Shown here piece by piece: positions 50,359-61,823 of a stretch of 64,000 bases of DNA. How positions within the stretch are numbered: the stretch's first letter is position 1; each line of letters starts with the position of its first letter. The DNA comes from Octopus sinensis (Eukaryota), in contig NC_043010.1 in assembly GCF_006345805.1 (NCBI RefSeq), positions 11,532,001-11,596,000 on the forward strand, in the 5' to 3' direction. A model generated the notes under the pieces. The model was given only the letters and a program-made list of their open reading frames with translations. It ran no database searches and was not told where the DNA came from. A program made the translations under genes and the position numbers.

Positions 50359-52809
50359 TCATGAGCAGAAACTTACCTGTGAAGATGGTAAAAGTCCTCT
50401 GGCTATACAAGATGATCTCCATTCATTCTGTAATTCACTTCCTGGGTAAAGCTGATTACCCACTTCTGTAGCTTGAATATTTCTACTCCTCTCCCCTTCT
50501 GGAGTTCTTGTTATTGTACCAGGATTACTGCTTATTGTACCTGGAGTACTGGCTCTTGAAATTAATAGTCTTTTTTCTTTTTTTATGTGAAGTTTAGGAT
50601 TGATGTTTTGGTTATGTGAATTTATATTGTTGCATTTTACAATGCACATAGTCACAAAAACAGCAACAGCTACTGCCAGTAAAACTGCGATTACTGCAAT
50701 TACAATTACCCAGTTTATATCTATCATATCTTCAGACTGTAACTGTACTGTAGTCTGTATTTTTGCTGTCTTATTACTTACAGTCAGTGTTAAAGACAGA
50801 GTGGTTGTTGCTGACAGCACTGGGCTGCCACTGTCTTTGACAACTAACAGAAGGTTGTATGACCCGGCATCATTTTGGTAAACTGTGCGAGAGAAAGATA
50901 GCACTCCAGCATAAGGGTTGACTGTAAATAAATGTTTGTTATTACCTCCAACTATTTCATATTTTAAAAATGAATTTACATGCCTGTCTCTATCAGATGC
51001 TCTGATAACTGTAATGTCATTTTTACTCTGTGGATGGTAGTGGACATCCAGATTAAATGGATTAACACTGGGGAATGTAAAATATGGAGCATTATCATTT
51101 TCATCCATTACTTCAACAATAACATTTGCTGTGTTGTTTAGTGAAGGGGAACCATTGTCTTTGACAAAAACCTTAAATTCATAAATATCTTGCTGTTCAC
51201 GGTCTAACGACTGAATTGTGGAAATGAATCCATTATTTGTGATTTCAAATGGGAAGATCTTTTTCCGATTTCCTGTCAAATAATAAGTCAGTCGACCTCC
51301 ATCTCCCAAGTCAGGGTCAGTAGCATTAATGAAACCGACTGGAAAGCTTGGTTTTTCATTTTCGTAGGTGAGAAATTTAAAGGTATCTTTCGTGAACTGA
51401 GGCTGCACATCATTCACGTCCATCACTTGGATGGAAAACTTTCTTACCGTTTTCAGCGAAGGAGATCCTTTATCTTGACATATGAGTTGAATATCGTAAA
51501 ATTCTTTGACTTCCCTATCCACTTGTTTTTTCATTATTATTTTATATTCATTCGATCCTAAGTTTAACAATTGGAATTTCTCATGTGTTATTTCACAGTC
51601 GACTTCACCGTTCAGTCCGATATCATTGTCAATAACATTGACATATGCAATGAAACTTCCCACTTTTATGCCTTCTGATATTGCAGCAACATTCTCCTTT
51701 AAACGAGAAACAAAATTTATTTCAATGGTGGGAGCATTATTCTGTTGGCTGACAATATTCACCAACACCAAAGCAATTGAGCTTAATGGGGGATTTCCAC
51801 CATCTGTTGCATCTATATATAATTTCAAACTCGATATACGATTTGAAGAAACTTTTCCTCTCAAGAAAACTTCACCACTGTTTTCATCTAATCTGAACTG
51901 CTTTTTAGTACCTTCTGATGTTTTGGAACTGAAATGATAAGAAACCTGACTGTTCTTACCATAATCTAAATCTTTTGCGGATAAAATAATAATTGGTACT
52001 GATGTTCTGTGTGTGTTTTTAATTGACACGTTATATACCTTATCAGAGAACACTGGAGGGTTGTCATTTACATCTATCACTGATATTTGAACCTTCAAAA
52101 CACCTTGTCTAGGTGAAACACCACCATCTTTTGCTATAACTTGTAACATGTAAGTATCCTTTATTTCTCGATCGAGACTCTCTTCTAATACAATCCCTAA
52201 TTCTGATGTTCCAAAACCTCTTTTAGTCACTGAAAGTGTGAACGGTTCATTGAGGTTCTTTTCCAAGACATACGAAACTTGGGAATTACGAAAGCTGACG
52301 TCTCGATCGATAGCATTTGGCAAAGACCTCTTCACTCCTTTGCTGTGTTCTTCTGAAAATTCTATGCTGATGCTTTCTTTTGGAAACACTGGATAATTAT
52401 CATTAACATCTTCGATATATACTTTTATCTTCAAAATCTGCATGAAGGAATCAGCACGATGCACAGCAACTTTGATTATTCTGAAGCATTCTGTGTTGTA
52501 GGTACACAGGACCTCGGCATCAATTTTTTCAGTGGTGTATAATTTTCCAGTCTTTGAGACATTAAACAATTGAGCTCTTTCCGATTGCCTCTGTTGTAGT
52601 TGATTGAATGTAATTTGACCGTGGTCTTGCAGTGCAACACTATCCATAAGCAAGGAATCTGCTGCAATATTTCCGATGTAAGTACCAGAGTTCTTTTCTT
52701 CTTCAACATGGTAAGTCAAATCAACAGAGAAACATCTTTGTAAGAGCAACATAATTATACAAGTTTCAGCTAACATTTCTCTGCTGCTAACTTGCACAAC
52801 TGACATCAT
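50359..52809 (-). CDS. Protocadherin (cephalopod expanded-family type): signal peptide, 6 extracellular cadherin repeats, TM helix, partial cytoplasmic tail; probably spliced after Q811 (50377)
   Basis: 816-aa ORF. Cadherin motifs DVNDNYPVF, AIDRD, LDRE, AKDGG, DVNDNPPVF, DVNDVQPQF, ATDPD, DENDNAPYF; EC1 Cys-X5-Cys (CTYNTEC); hydrophobic WVIVIAVIAVLLAVAVAVFVTMCIV; in-frame TGA 4 codons upstream of the ATG. Confidence 0.96.
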   Translation of the reverse strand: MMSVVQVSSREMLAETCIIMLLLQRCFSVDLTYHVEEEKNSGTYIGNIAADSLLMDSVALQDHGQITFNQLQQRQSERAQLFNVSKTGKLYTTEKIDAEVLCTYNTECFRIIKVAVHRADSFMQILKIKVYIEDVNDNYPVFPKESISIEFSEEHSKGVKRSLPNAIDRDVSFRNSQVSYVLEKNLNEPFTLSVTKRGFGTSELGIVLEESLDREIKDTYMLQVIAKDGGVSPRQGVLKVQISVIDVNDNPPVFSDKVYNVSIKNTHRTSVPIIILSAKDLDYGKNSQVSYHFSSKTSEGTKKQFRLDENSGEVFLRGKVSSNRISSLKLYIDATDGGNPPLSSIALVLVNIVSQQNNAPTIEINFVSRLKENVAAISEGIKVGSFIAYVNVIDNDIGLNGEVDCEITHEKFQLLNLGSNEYKIIMKKQVDREVKEFYDIQLICQDKGSPSLKTVRKFSIQVMDVNDVQPQFTKDTFKFLTYENEKPSFPVGFINATDPDLGDGGRLTYYLTGNRKKIFPFEITNNGFISTIQSLDREQQDIYEFKVFVKDNGSPSLNNTANVIVEVMDENDNAPYFTFPSVNPFNLDVHYHPQSKNDITVIRASDRDRHVNSFLKYEIVGGNNKHLFTVNPYAGVLSFSRTVYQNDAGSYNLLLVVKDSGSPVLSATTTLSLTLTVSNKTAKIQTTVQLQSEDMIDINWVIVIAVIAVLLAVAVAVFVTMCIVKCNNINSHNQNINPKLHIKKEKRLLISRASTPGTISSNPGTITRTPEGERSRNIQATEVGNQLYPGSELQNEWRSSCIARGLLPSSQVSFCS
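50371..50379 (-). other. Phase-0 splice donor ending the protocadherin large exon
   Basis: Minus strand CAG|GTAAGT is a perfect consensus after codon 811; the ORF stops 5 codons later. Confidence 0.8.
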
Positions 52810-52837
52810 TTTAACTGCTCAGCAAAAGCTCTTTGGC

Positions 52838-52860
52838 CTGAAAAAAAAAAAACAAGAATA
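52838..52860 (-). other. Splice acceptor of the protocadherin large exon (exon starts 52837, 28 nt before ATG)
   Basis: Minus strand reads TATTCTTG(T)12CAG|GCCAAAG: long polypyrimidine tract plus CAG. Confidence 0.8.
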
Positions 52861-52999
52861 AATAAAATTAGGTATCCTATTAAACTAGTGAATAAATTTC
52901 TTTTTAAATGTTTTAAAGCAAGGCAAGTAACTTAAAATTAATAACACTGAATGACACAAAAAAAAACACCAAATAAATTTGATTTCAAATATTTCTTAA

Positions 53000-53345
53000 C
53001 TCCACCCATCTAACACCCGTGGACATATTTACAAAGTCAGAAAACAGCACAGTTCCCATGACTTCAGGAAACATTTTTTCACACTAAGAGTTGCTGAAGC
53101 ATGGAACAAACTGCCGGCATCAGTTGTTAGTTGTCGGAGCACTGCATCCTTCAAAACTTCCATGCTTTCTGAGATTCGCCAACACTACACCTGATTTTCT
53201 CCCCTCCATACACATGCAAGCATGTATCTGACTCATACACTGTTTACTTTCCAGGCATTTGTACATTACTGCATATGCTTTATATGCACTTTTGACAAGT
53301 TGTGGTGCACCTGAGCACTGTATACAATAATTTCATTATTATTAT
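53000..53345 (+). mobile_element. CR1-clade LINE 3' end, antisense in the protocadherin upstream intron
   Basis: HPSNTRGHIYKVRKQHSSHDFRKHFFTLRVAEAWNKLPASVVSCRSTASFKTSMLSEIRQHYT* plus (TAT)n tail. Confidence 0.88.
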
Positions 53346-53371
53346 CATTATAATATAAATGTTTCATGATA

Positions 53372-53883
53372 CGAGGGTGAGTCAGAAAGTAATGCCATTT
53401 TGTTTAGGACAAGTATAATTGCCAACACAGGAACATGTATCATACATCAAAATGAAGCTGGTCCTCTGTGGATCACATCCCTACTTATCATAGTCACCAT
53501 TTCTCTCAATAGCAATGTTCCACCTTCGAATGAGAGCATGTATCCCTGCCCTGTAAAATTCTGCTGACTGTTCTTTGAGCCACTTCTTCACTACAGTTTT
53601 CACTTCCTCGTCACTCGACTTTCATCGCTTCGGCCCATGGAAGAGGGTTTGAGGGGCAAACATTATTCCAGTGACGAGGAAGAGAAAACTAGTGAAGAAG
53701 TGGCTCAAAGAACAGTCAACAGAATTTTACGAAGGGGAAACATTGCTATTTAGAGAAACGGTATTGAGAAGTAGGGATGTTATCCATAGAGGACCAGCTT
53801 CATTTTGATGTATGATACATGTTTATGTGTAGGTAATTATACCTGTCCTAAACAAAATGGCATTACTTTTTGACTCACCTTCG
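53372..53883. mobile_element. Mariner-derived foldback element (two inverted 3' ends), TA TSD
   Basis: TA|CGAGGGTGAGTCAGAAAGTAATGCC...GGCATTACTTTTTGACTCACCTTCG|TA; transposase C-terminal pieces DFH.FGP, EGLRGKHYSSDEE, VKKWLKEQSTEFYE. Confidence 0.88.
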
Positions 53884-54007
53884 TATTTGCATAAGTATTC
53901 AAGTGGAACATCTTGGTGGAAAGGGCTACTCTTGTAGCAGTGAATATTTCATGTTTGGAGATGGATTAAGAAATTTGGTCGAATATTGAACAAAACACAT
54001 GAAGTAT

Positions 54008-54405
54008 TTACTCTTTTACTTGTTTCAGTCATTTGACTGCGGCCATGCTGGAGCACCGCCTTTAGTCAAGCAAATCGACCCCGGGACTTATTCTTTGTAA
54101 GCCCAGTACTTATTCTATCAGTCTCTTTTGCCGAACTGCTAAGTGACGGGGACGTAAACACACCAGCATCGGTTGTCAAGCAATTCTAGGGAGACAAACA
54201 CACACACACAAACACACACACACATATATATATATACATATATACGACAGGCTTCTTTCAGTTTCCGTCTACCAAATCCACTCACAAGGCATTGGTCGGC
54301 CCGGGGCTATAGCAGAAGACATTTGCCCAAGATGCCACGCAGTGGGACTGAACCCGGAACCATGTGGTTAGCAAGCTACTTACCACACAGCCACTCCTGC
54401 GCCTA
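54008..54405 (-). mobile_element. SINE family A
   Basis: Full-length copy. Confidence 0.9.
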
Positions 54406-54963
54406 TTTAATAACATCTTTTTGCATTGTAATTTTGAATCCTACTCCCAATGTTAACTTTTTCATCCTTCTAAGATCAATAAAATACGTATCAGTCCTAT
54501 ACTGGGGTCAATATGATTGACTGTGCATCTTACTGCATATGTGTGACCTTATACCCCTATTAGAAATCAACATTTTATGTATGATAATGTTGAATTTTTC
54601 ACTTCTGTCTGAAGACGTTAACTTGCAACTATTCCAGAACATTAATCACATCAGTTTTTTTTTTTTTCTGGTCTTGGCAGAACTGCAAAGACTGTGTATA
54701 CAGGCTAAAACCAACAAGAAAACTTCTTTAAATGAATATAAAATAAAGATATTTTTGATAAACATAAAATAAAGATATTTTAAAATAAATATAAAATTCA
54801 GAAAATATTTTTAAATAAATATAAAATGTAGAAATGTGTTTGCTTGAATTTTCTGGAAAACTACTATTTGTAGCAAATTCAAGAGTTCACCATGTGTATT
54901 CTTTTGCATCCTCCTCCACTATTAAATGAATACTGGGAGAGTATTCTTACAATTTCCACATAT

Positions 54964-55951
54964 ACTCCTTTACTCCTTTACTTGTTTCTGTCATTTGACT
55001 GCGGCCATGCTAGAGCACCACCTTTAGTCGAGCAAATCAAACCCAGGACTTATTCTTTGTAAGCCTAGTACCTATTCTATCAGTCTCTTTTGCTGAACCG
55101 CTAAGTTACGGGGGACGTAAACACACCAGCATCGGTTGTCAAGAATGTTGGGGGGGGGGAAACAAATACATACACACACACACATATATATACATATCAT
55201 CATCATCATCATCATCATCGTTTAACGTCCGCTTTCCATGCTAGCATGGGTTGGACGGTTCAACTGGGGTCTGGGGAGCCCGAAGGCTGCACCAGGCCAG
55301 TCAGATCTGGCAGTGTTTCTACAGCTGGATGCCCTTCCTAACGCCAACCACTCCGAGAGTGTAGTGGGTGATTTTATGTGCCACCGACACAGGTGCCAGA
55401 CGAGGCTGGCGAACGGCCACGCTCGGATGGTGTTTTTATGTGCCACCGACACAGGTGCCAGACGAGGCTGGCAGACGGCCACGCTCGGATAGTGTTTTTA
55501 TGTGCCACCGACACAGGTGCCAGACGAGGCTGGCAGACGGCCACGCTCGGACGGTGTTTGTTACGTGCCCACAGCACGGAGGCCAGTCGATGCGGTACTG
55601 GCTACGGTCCCGTTCGGATGGTTTTCTTATGTGCCACCAGCACTGGTACCACAAGGATACAAATTCCATTGATGTTCATCTATTTTGATTTGGTTTGACT
55701 TGATTCGATTTGACTTTGATTTGACTTGCCTCAACAGGTCTTCACAAGTGTCACAAGCAGGAAGGTATGCACAGGCGGACTGACTACGTCCCAGGTAGGG
55801 GCCACGGTTATGGCTTCACTAGTCTTGCCGGGTCTTCTCACGCACAGCATACTTCCATAGGTCTCGGTCTCTGGTCATTTCCATGGTGAGACCTAATGTT
55901 CGAAGGTCGTGCTTCACCACCTCATCCCAGGTTTTCCTGGGTCTACCTCTT

Positions 55952-55994
<43 letters not shown>

Positions 55995-56156
55995 TACGAC
56001 GGGCTTCTTTCATTTTCCATCTACCACTCACAAGGCTTTGGTTGGCCCGAGGCTATAGTAGAAGACACTTGCCCAAGGTGTCACGCAGTGGGAGTGAACC
56101 CGGAACCATGTGGTTGGTAAGCGCAAGCTACTTACCACATGGCCACTCCTGTACCT
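54964..56156 (-). mobile_element. SINE family A split by an RTE insertion
   Basis: Tail half 54964-55195, head half ~55954-56156. Confidence 0.85.
55197..55953 (-). mobile_element. 5'-truncated RTE-clade LINE: ORF C-terminus (55819-55953), 3' UTR with ~61-bp tandem units, (GAT)n tail
   Basis: GRGRPRKTWDEVVKHDLRTLGLTMEMTRDRDLWKYAVREKTRQD* matches the RTE C-terminal GRP..W...DR..W motif. Confidence 0.9.
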
Positions 56157-56332
56157 ATGAGCTAAACAAACAATAAACAACCAGCATTGTAAGTGATAAT
56201 GAATTTCCTATAATTCATTCTGTATATTTCCTCTTCAAACACTCATCACACGAAAACAACAAACTAATATTTCTTTTGCAATTCTGTAAAGTTCTCCCTA
56301 ATACCCAGTCAACAGGCGCAGGAGTGGCTGTG

Positions 56333-56693
56333 TGGTAAGTAGCTTGCTAACCAACCACATGGTTCCGGGTTCAGTCCCACTGCGTGGCATCTTGGGCAAG
56401 TGTCTTCTGCTATAGCCCCGGGTCGACCAATGCCTTGTGAGTGGATTTGGTAGACGGAAACTGAAAGAAGCCTGTCGTATGTATGTATATATATATGTGT
56501 CTGTGTTTGTCCCCCTAGCATTGCTTGACAACCGATGCCGGTGTGTTTACGTCCTCGTCACTTAGCGGTTCGGCAAAAGAGACCGATAGAATAAGTACTG
56601 GGCTTACAAAGAATAAGTCACGGGATCGATTTGCTCGACTAAAGGCGGTGCTCCAGCATAGCCGCATTCACATGACTGAAACAAGTAAAAGAG
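56333..56693 (+). mobile_element. SINE family A
   Basis: Full-length copy, head-to-head with the preceding copy. Confidence 0.9.
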
Positions 56694-57010
56694 AAACAGA
56701 TGTTCTAACAGAGACATTTTGCTTATCAAGTTTTATTTAACTTAACAAACTGAACAAAACAATCTGCTTCTAAACAACTTCCATCTAGCATTGATCAATC
56801 TTGTCTTCTCTCGGATTAGACATAATATCTTTGTAGAATATATTAATGTTTGCAGCTAAACAAATTTATGGTTCTTTATCAAATTTAAATCCTTGCATAA
56901 AATACGTTTTTCTTTTGAGTGGTTCTCTTGTGTGGCTTCTTAAAGAGATGAGACTACAATGTTATGAGATATTACAAAAGTCATTTAGATACAAGTTATA
57001 TCAGAGGTAA

Positions 57011-57753
57011 TCTTTATATATAAAAGTGAGGTTGTGTGCTGTCTGTCTCCTACGATTTAGATTCCTAACTACTCCCACATTTTGCGGTGCAGTTTAACCA
57101 AAAGCGGGTATCTTATAGTCGTGATTCATATCGAGCCCTTCTGGGTATTAGCGCACGTCTATGATGAGTCTACGATTTAAAACAAAATTTACCATCATTT
57201 TTTCACATTTTTAATGCATTTTTTTGCTATCATATACGGGAAGTAACTCTCTAAAAATGCTTATATAGTTATCTCCCTTACAAACCCGAGCAGCGCCAGG
57301 CGATACTGCTAGTCTTTATATATAAAAGTAAGGTTGTGTGCTGTCTGTCTCCTACGATTTAGATTCCTAACTACTCCCACATTTTGCAGTGCAGTTTAAC
57401 CAAAAGCGGGTATCTTATAGTCGTGATTCATATCGAGCCCTTCTGGGTATTAGCGCACATCTACGATGAGTCTACGATTTTAAAAAGAATTTACCATCAA
57501 TTTTTCCCATTTTTAATGCATTTTTGGCATATATAAGGGAAGTAACTCACTAAAAATTTATTATTAAATCTCAGAACGTAAAAAGCTACAGTAATACAGT
57601 AATGCCTTTGTGGTTAGCCATATTGTGGTTAGCCATCATTTTTTCACATTTTTAATGCATTTTTTTGCTATTATATACGGGAAGTAACTCTCTAAAAATG
57701 CTTATATAGTTATTTCCCTTACAAACCCGAGCAACGCCGGGCGATACTGCTAG
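57011..57753 (+). mobile_element. Head-to-tail Helitron dimer (57011-57312 and 57313-57753)
   Basis: A|TC...CTAG|TC...CTAG|T; both units end in the hairpin plus CGATACTGCTAG. Confidence 0.9.
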
Positions 57754-58153
57754 TATGAAGATAAAAATTCAAGCTAACCAAAGTACAAGACTCTCCTACA
57801 AAATAGAGACAAATTGTCTTTCTGTAGTAAAACTGTTCCGTACCTTGTTGTAGTCCCTTATGCTGATCATTATTGGCAAGCAATAAACCAATCATTGGCT
57901 TGCTGGTGATTTCTAACCAATAATTTTGGCTTACCAATTAAGTAATAATTATATGAATTATTTCATTAATCAAAATAATTAACACCTTCATATTGTTGGT
58001 GCAGGCATGGCTGTGTGATTAAAATCTTGCTTCCAGATTCAATCCCACTACATGGCACCTTGGAAAAGTGTCTTCTATAATATACAATTGGTGCAGGCTG
58101 ACCAAAACCTTGGGAGTGGATTTGGTGTGCAGAAACTGAAAGAAGCCTGTTGT

Positions 58154-58242
<89 letters not shown>

Positions 58243-58613
58243 TATATATATATATATACATATATATACATACATATATATATATATATATATACATATA
58301 TATACATACATATATATATATATTTTTTGCTAAAATGTCTTATTGACGAGTTTTGCTTTTTTCACTTTCCTGAGGATAAGATTGCATTGTTTATACCATT
58401 TATTCTTTTGAATAGTATCAGTGGAATTTTCAAAGCATGTGTCAAAAGTAAAAATATTTGATAACACCTGCGTTAAACTCCATTTATTTATTCATATATA
58501 TATATATATATATATAATATATATACATATATATACATATATATACATACTATATATATATATATACATACATATATACATACATATATATATATATATA
58601 CACATATATATAT

Positions 58614-58668
<55 letters not shown>

Positions 58669-58707
58669 CATATATATAGAGAGAGATAGATGATAGATAG
58701 ATAGATA

Positions 58708-58748
<41 letters not shown>

Positions 58749-58760
58749 AGATAGATAGAT

Positions 58761-59172
58761 AGGCAGGCATGGCTGTGTGGTGAGCTTGTTTCCCAACCAC
58801 ACTGTTCTGGTTTCAATCTCACTATGTGGCACCTTGGGCAAGTGTCTACTACTATAGCCTTGGGCCAACCAAAGCCTTGTGAGTGGATTTGGCAGATGGA
58901 AACTGAAAGAAGCCTGTTGTATATATCTATATATATAGATATCCGTGTGTGTTTGTGTCATTGTGTCTGTGTTTGTCTCCCATCACCACTTGACAACTAG
59001 TGTTGGTGTGTTGGTGTGCATCTCTGTAAGTTAGTGGTTCAGCAAAGGAGACTGACAGAATAAGTACCAAGCTTGAAAAAAAATAGGTACTGGAGTCGTT
59101 TCATTTGACTGAAAGTTCTTCGAGGCTGTGTGGCAGCGTGACTGCAGTCTGATGGTCGGAATGATTAAAAGA
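58761..59172 (+). mobile_element. SINE family A, older subfamily
   Basis: Diverged copy; head fragment also at ~58000-58155. Confidence 0.75.
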
Positions 59173-59844
59173 TAAATGGTAAGAAGAAAGTTTTGGAGAT
59201 ATGAAGGAGAAGGCAAAGTGAAAATTGTGACATTCATGTATTGTGCAGGAATTTTATTGATATAAATAAAATGCTTTCGATTTGGGAAGGAAAACATCGT
59301 CAAGGACTCAATGAACTGTGAACTTAGCAATGCACTAAAGTGCGTACTTCAAGGAAATATACATATAATATAGCAATAATTTATAACTAGTCAGATACAG
59401 CGAGTAGATGTCAATACAAGCATTTCGCTATGAAAATAGCGTCTCATAGAAATGATTGTATTAATTCTTAACCAGACTGTCTTTAAAATGATTTGTGGAA
59501 CTGGCTTTAATGACACGAGGCTCTGAATAAGAAATTCTGTTTTCTTTTGAGATCTTTATAACAATAACTCACTCAGTTTTATTAGCATTGCAGTATTCTC
59601 CCTTTTCTATTATTGCTATTTCAGGTTTTAAATGCGGGCTTCTTGTTTAAACATTATACATATCTGAGCTACCGTAACTATTGTCTTTTGCCGTCTTCAG
59701 TGGCTTACATCTTCAGTGTTAGTGTTACATTATGTACACAACAATAGCTGTTAAGATTATGGAAAAATTTAAACGTACAACATAAAATAAACTCTAAACA
59801 ATTGGATGAATCAATTCATAAGAATGAATTGGATTTATTGTTAT

Positions 59845-59952
59845 GATAATAATAATAATAATAAAAATAAGAAGAAGAATAATAGTAATAATGATAATGA
59901 TAATAATAATAATAATATAATAATAATAATAATAATAGTAATAATAATAATG

Positions 59953-60018
<66 letters not shown>

Positions 60019-60117
60019 GTAATAATAACAATGATAATGATAATAATAATAATAATAATGATAATAATAGTAATAATAATAATAATAATAATAGTAATAA
60101 TAACAATGATAATGATA

Positions 60118-60168
<51 letters not shown>

Positions 60169-60260
60169 GTAATAGTAATAATGATAATAATAATAGTAAT
60201 AATAATAATAATAGTAATAATAATAATGATAATAATAATAGTAATAATAATAATAATGAT
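59845..60260. repeat. Long (TAA)n microsatellite with TAG/TGA variants
   Basis: Directly visible; adjoins a minus-strand LINE/SINE-like tail (GGCCCTTGTGGGCCAATAAAAG) at ~60280-60350. Confidence 0.92.
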
Positions 60261-60411
60261 GGCAGTGATGAAGAAGACACTTTCTTTTATTGGCCCACAA
60301 GGGCCTAAGACATTGGAGACGGTACAATGGTGAAATACAAAAGAAAACAATAAACAGTAAACAGTAGGATATTTAGGTATTTATATGGTGTACAAGGAAA
60401 TGAGTGTGCGT

Positions 60412-60455
<44 letters not shown>

Positions 60456-60864
60456 GTGTGTGTGTTATACATATATTGCTCTGCATGAGGTTCGTATACT
60501 CCAGTGTTTATTTAGAACACAGCTAAATTCTAAAGTGATTCAAAGAAAAGAGAATGAAGAATACAAGAGTCTATATTCTGGAGCATCTGTCATTCAACAC
60601 TTTTAACATCGACCTGCTTTCAAGTTTCGTATTTAAATTATAAGTTTTGTGTCAAAATTGCTTTGTAACATGAATAGTCATATGAAATTTCAGTTGGTCA
60701 ACACCAGTAAAATATTGAACCAATATATAAAATTCTAGAAATTTATCTAAAATCTGCATGGCTGCATTCTGTGGACTACAGTAAGTAAAAAGTTAAATAG
60801 TAAATATCTTACAGTGGTGAGAATAGACAGGAAATAATATCAAATCATATCAATAGATCTACAA

Positions 60865-61159
60865 GTGGAGGCACATGGCCCAGTGGTTAGAGCAGCGGAC
60901 TTGGGATTGTGGGTTTGAATCTCAGACCGGGTGATGTGTGTTTATGAGCGAAACACTTAAGCTCCACGCGGCTCCGGCAGAAGGTAATGGCAAAACTTCT
61001 GCTGACTCTTTCGCCACAACTTTCTCTCACTCTTTCCTCCTGCATCTTGCAGCTCACCTGCAATGGACCGGTGTCCCATCCAGGTGGGGAACCTATACAC
61101 CAAGGAAACCGGGAAACTGGCCCTTATGAGCCAGGCATGGCTCGAGAAGGAACAAACAA
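60865..61159 (+). mobile_element. SINE family D
   Basis: TSD CAATAGATCTACAAG at 60851-60865 and 61160-61174. Confidence 0.88.
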
Positions 61160-61183
61160 CAATAGATCTACAAGAATATAAGT

Positions 61184-61533
61184 TTACTCTTTTACTCTTT
61201 TACTTGTTTCAGTCATTTGACTGTGGCCATGCCGGAGCACCGCCTTTAGTCAAGCAAATCGCCCCTGGGACTTATTCTTTGTAAGCCCAGTACTTATTCT
61301 ATCGGTCTCTTTTGCCGAATCGCTAAGTGACAGGGATGTAAACACACCAGCATCGGTTGTCAAGCAATGCTAGGGGGACAAACACAGACACACAAACACA
61401 CACACACATATATATATATATATACATATATACGACAGGCTTCTTTCAGTTTCCGTCTACCAAATCCACTCACAAGGCATTGGTCGGCCCGGGGCTATAG
61501 CAGAAGAAACTTGCCCAAGATGCCACACAGTGG
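61184..61533 (-). mobile_element. SINE family A, head truncated
   Basis: Tail and body intact. Confidence 0.85.
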
Positions 61534-61619
61534 CATATATATATATATACACATACACAAGCACACACACACATGGATATATATACATATATTAATATAT
61601 ATATATATATATATATATA

Positions 61620-61823
61620 AAGTTAATCCAAACAAGAAAACAAAAAATCACAACAACGCAAGAACGTGGAACAAATAAAGTATTATTGGATGCTCAGGAA
61701 AGAAAGGAAGAAGGAGGGTTTAACATTTCGAGCGGAGCTTTTCGTTGGAAACATAGGAGAAGGAAAGATCCAGAGAAGGGAAGACAGAGGAAAAATAATC
61801 GCCGGTGGTACTCACGAGGTCAC
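61620..61823 (-). mobile_element. Second copy of the short Penelope-like element with hammerhead-like motif (61718-61752)
   Basis: Minus strand GTTT-CCAACGA-A-AAGC(TCC)GCTC-GAAA-TG-TT-AAAC; flanked by TA/CA repeats. Confidence 0.6.

Noticed and set aside
50600-51937. Plus-strand ORFs of 93 and 143 aa
   Set aside because: Antisense shadows of the protocadherin CDS.
59794-60350. Poly-Y, poly-I and poly-L ORFs
   Set aside because: Translation of (TAA)n.
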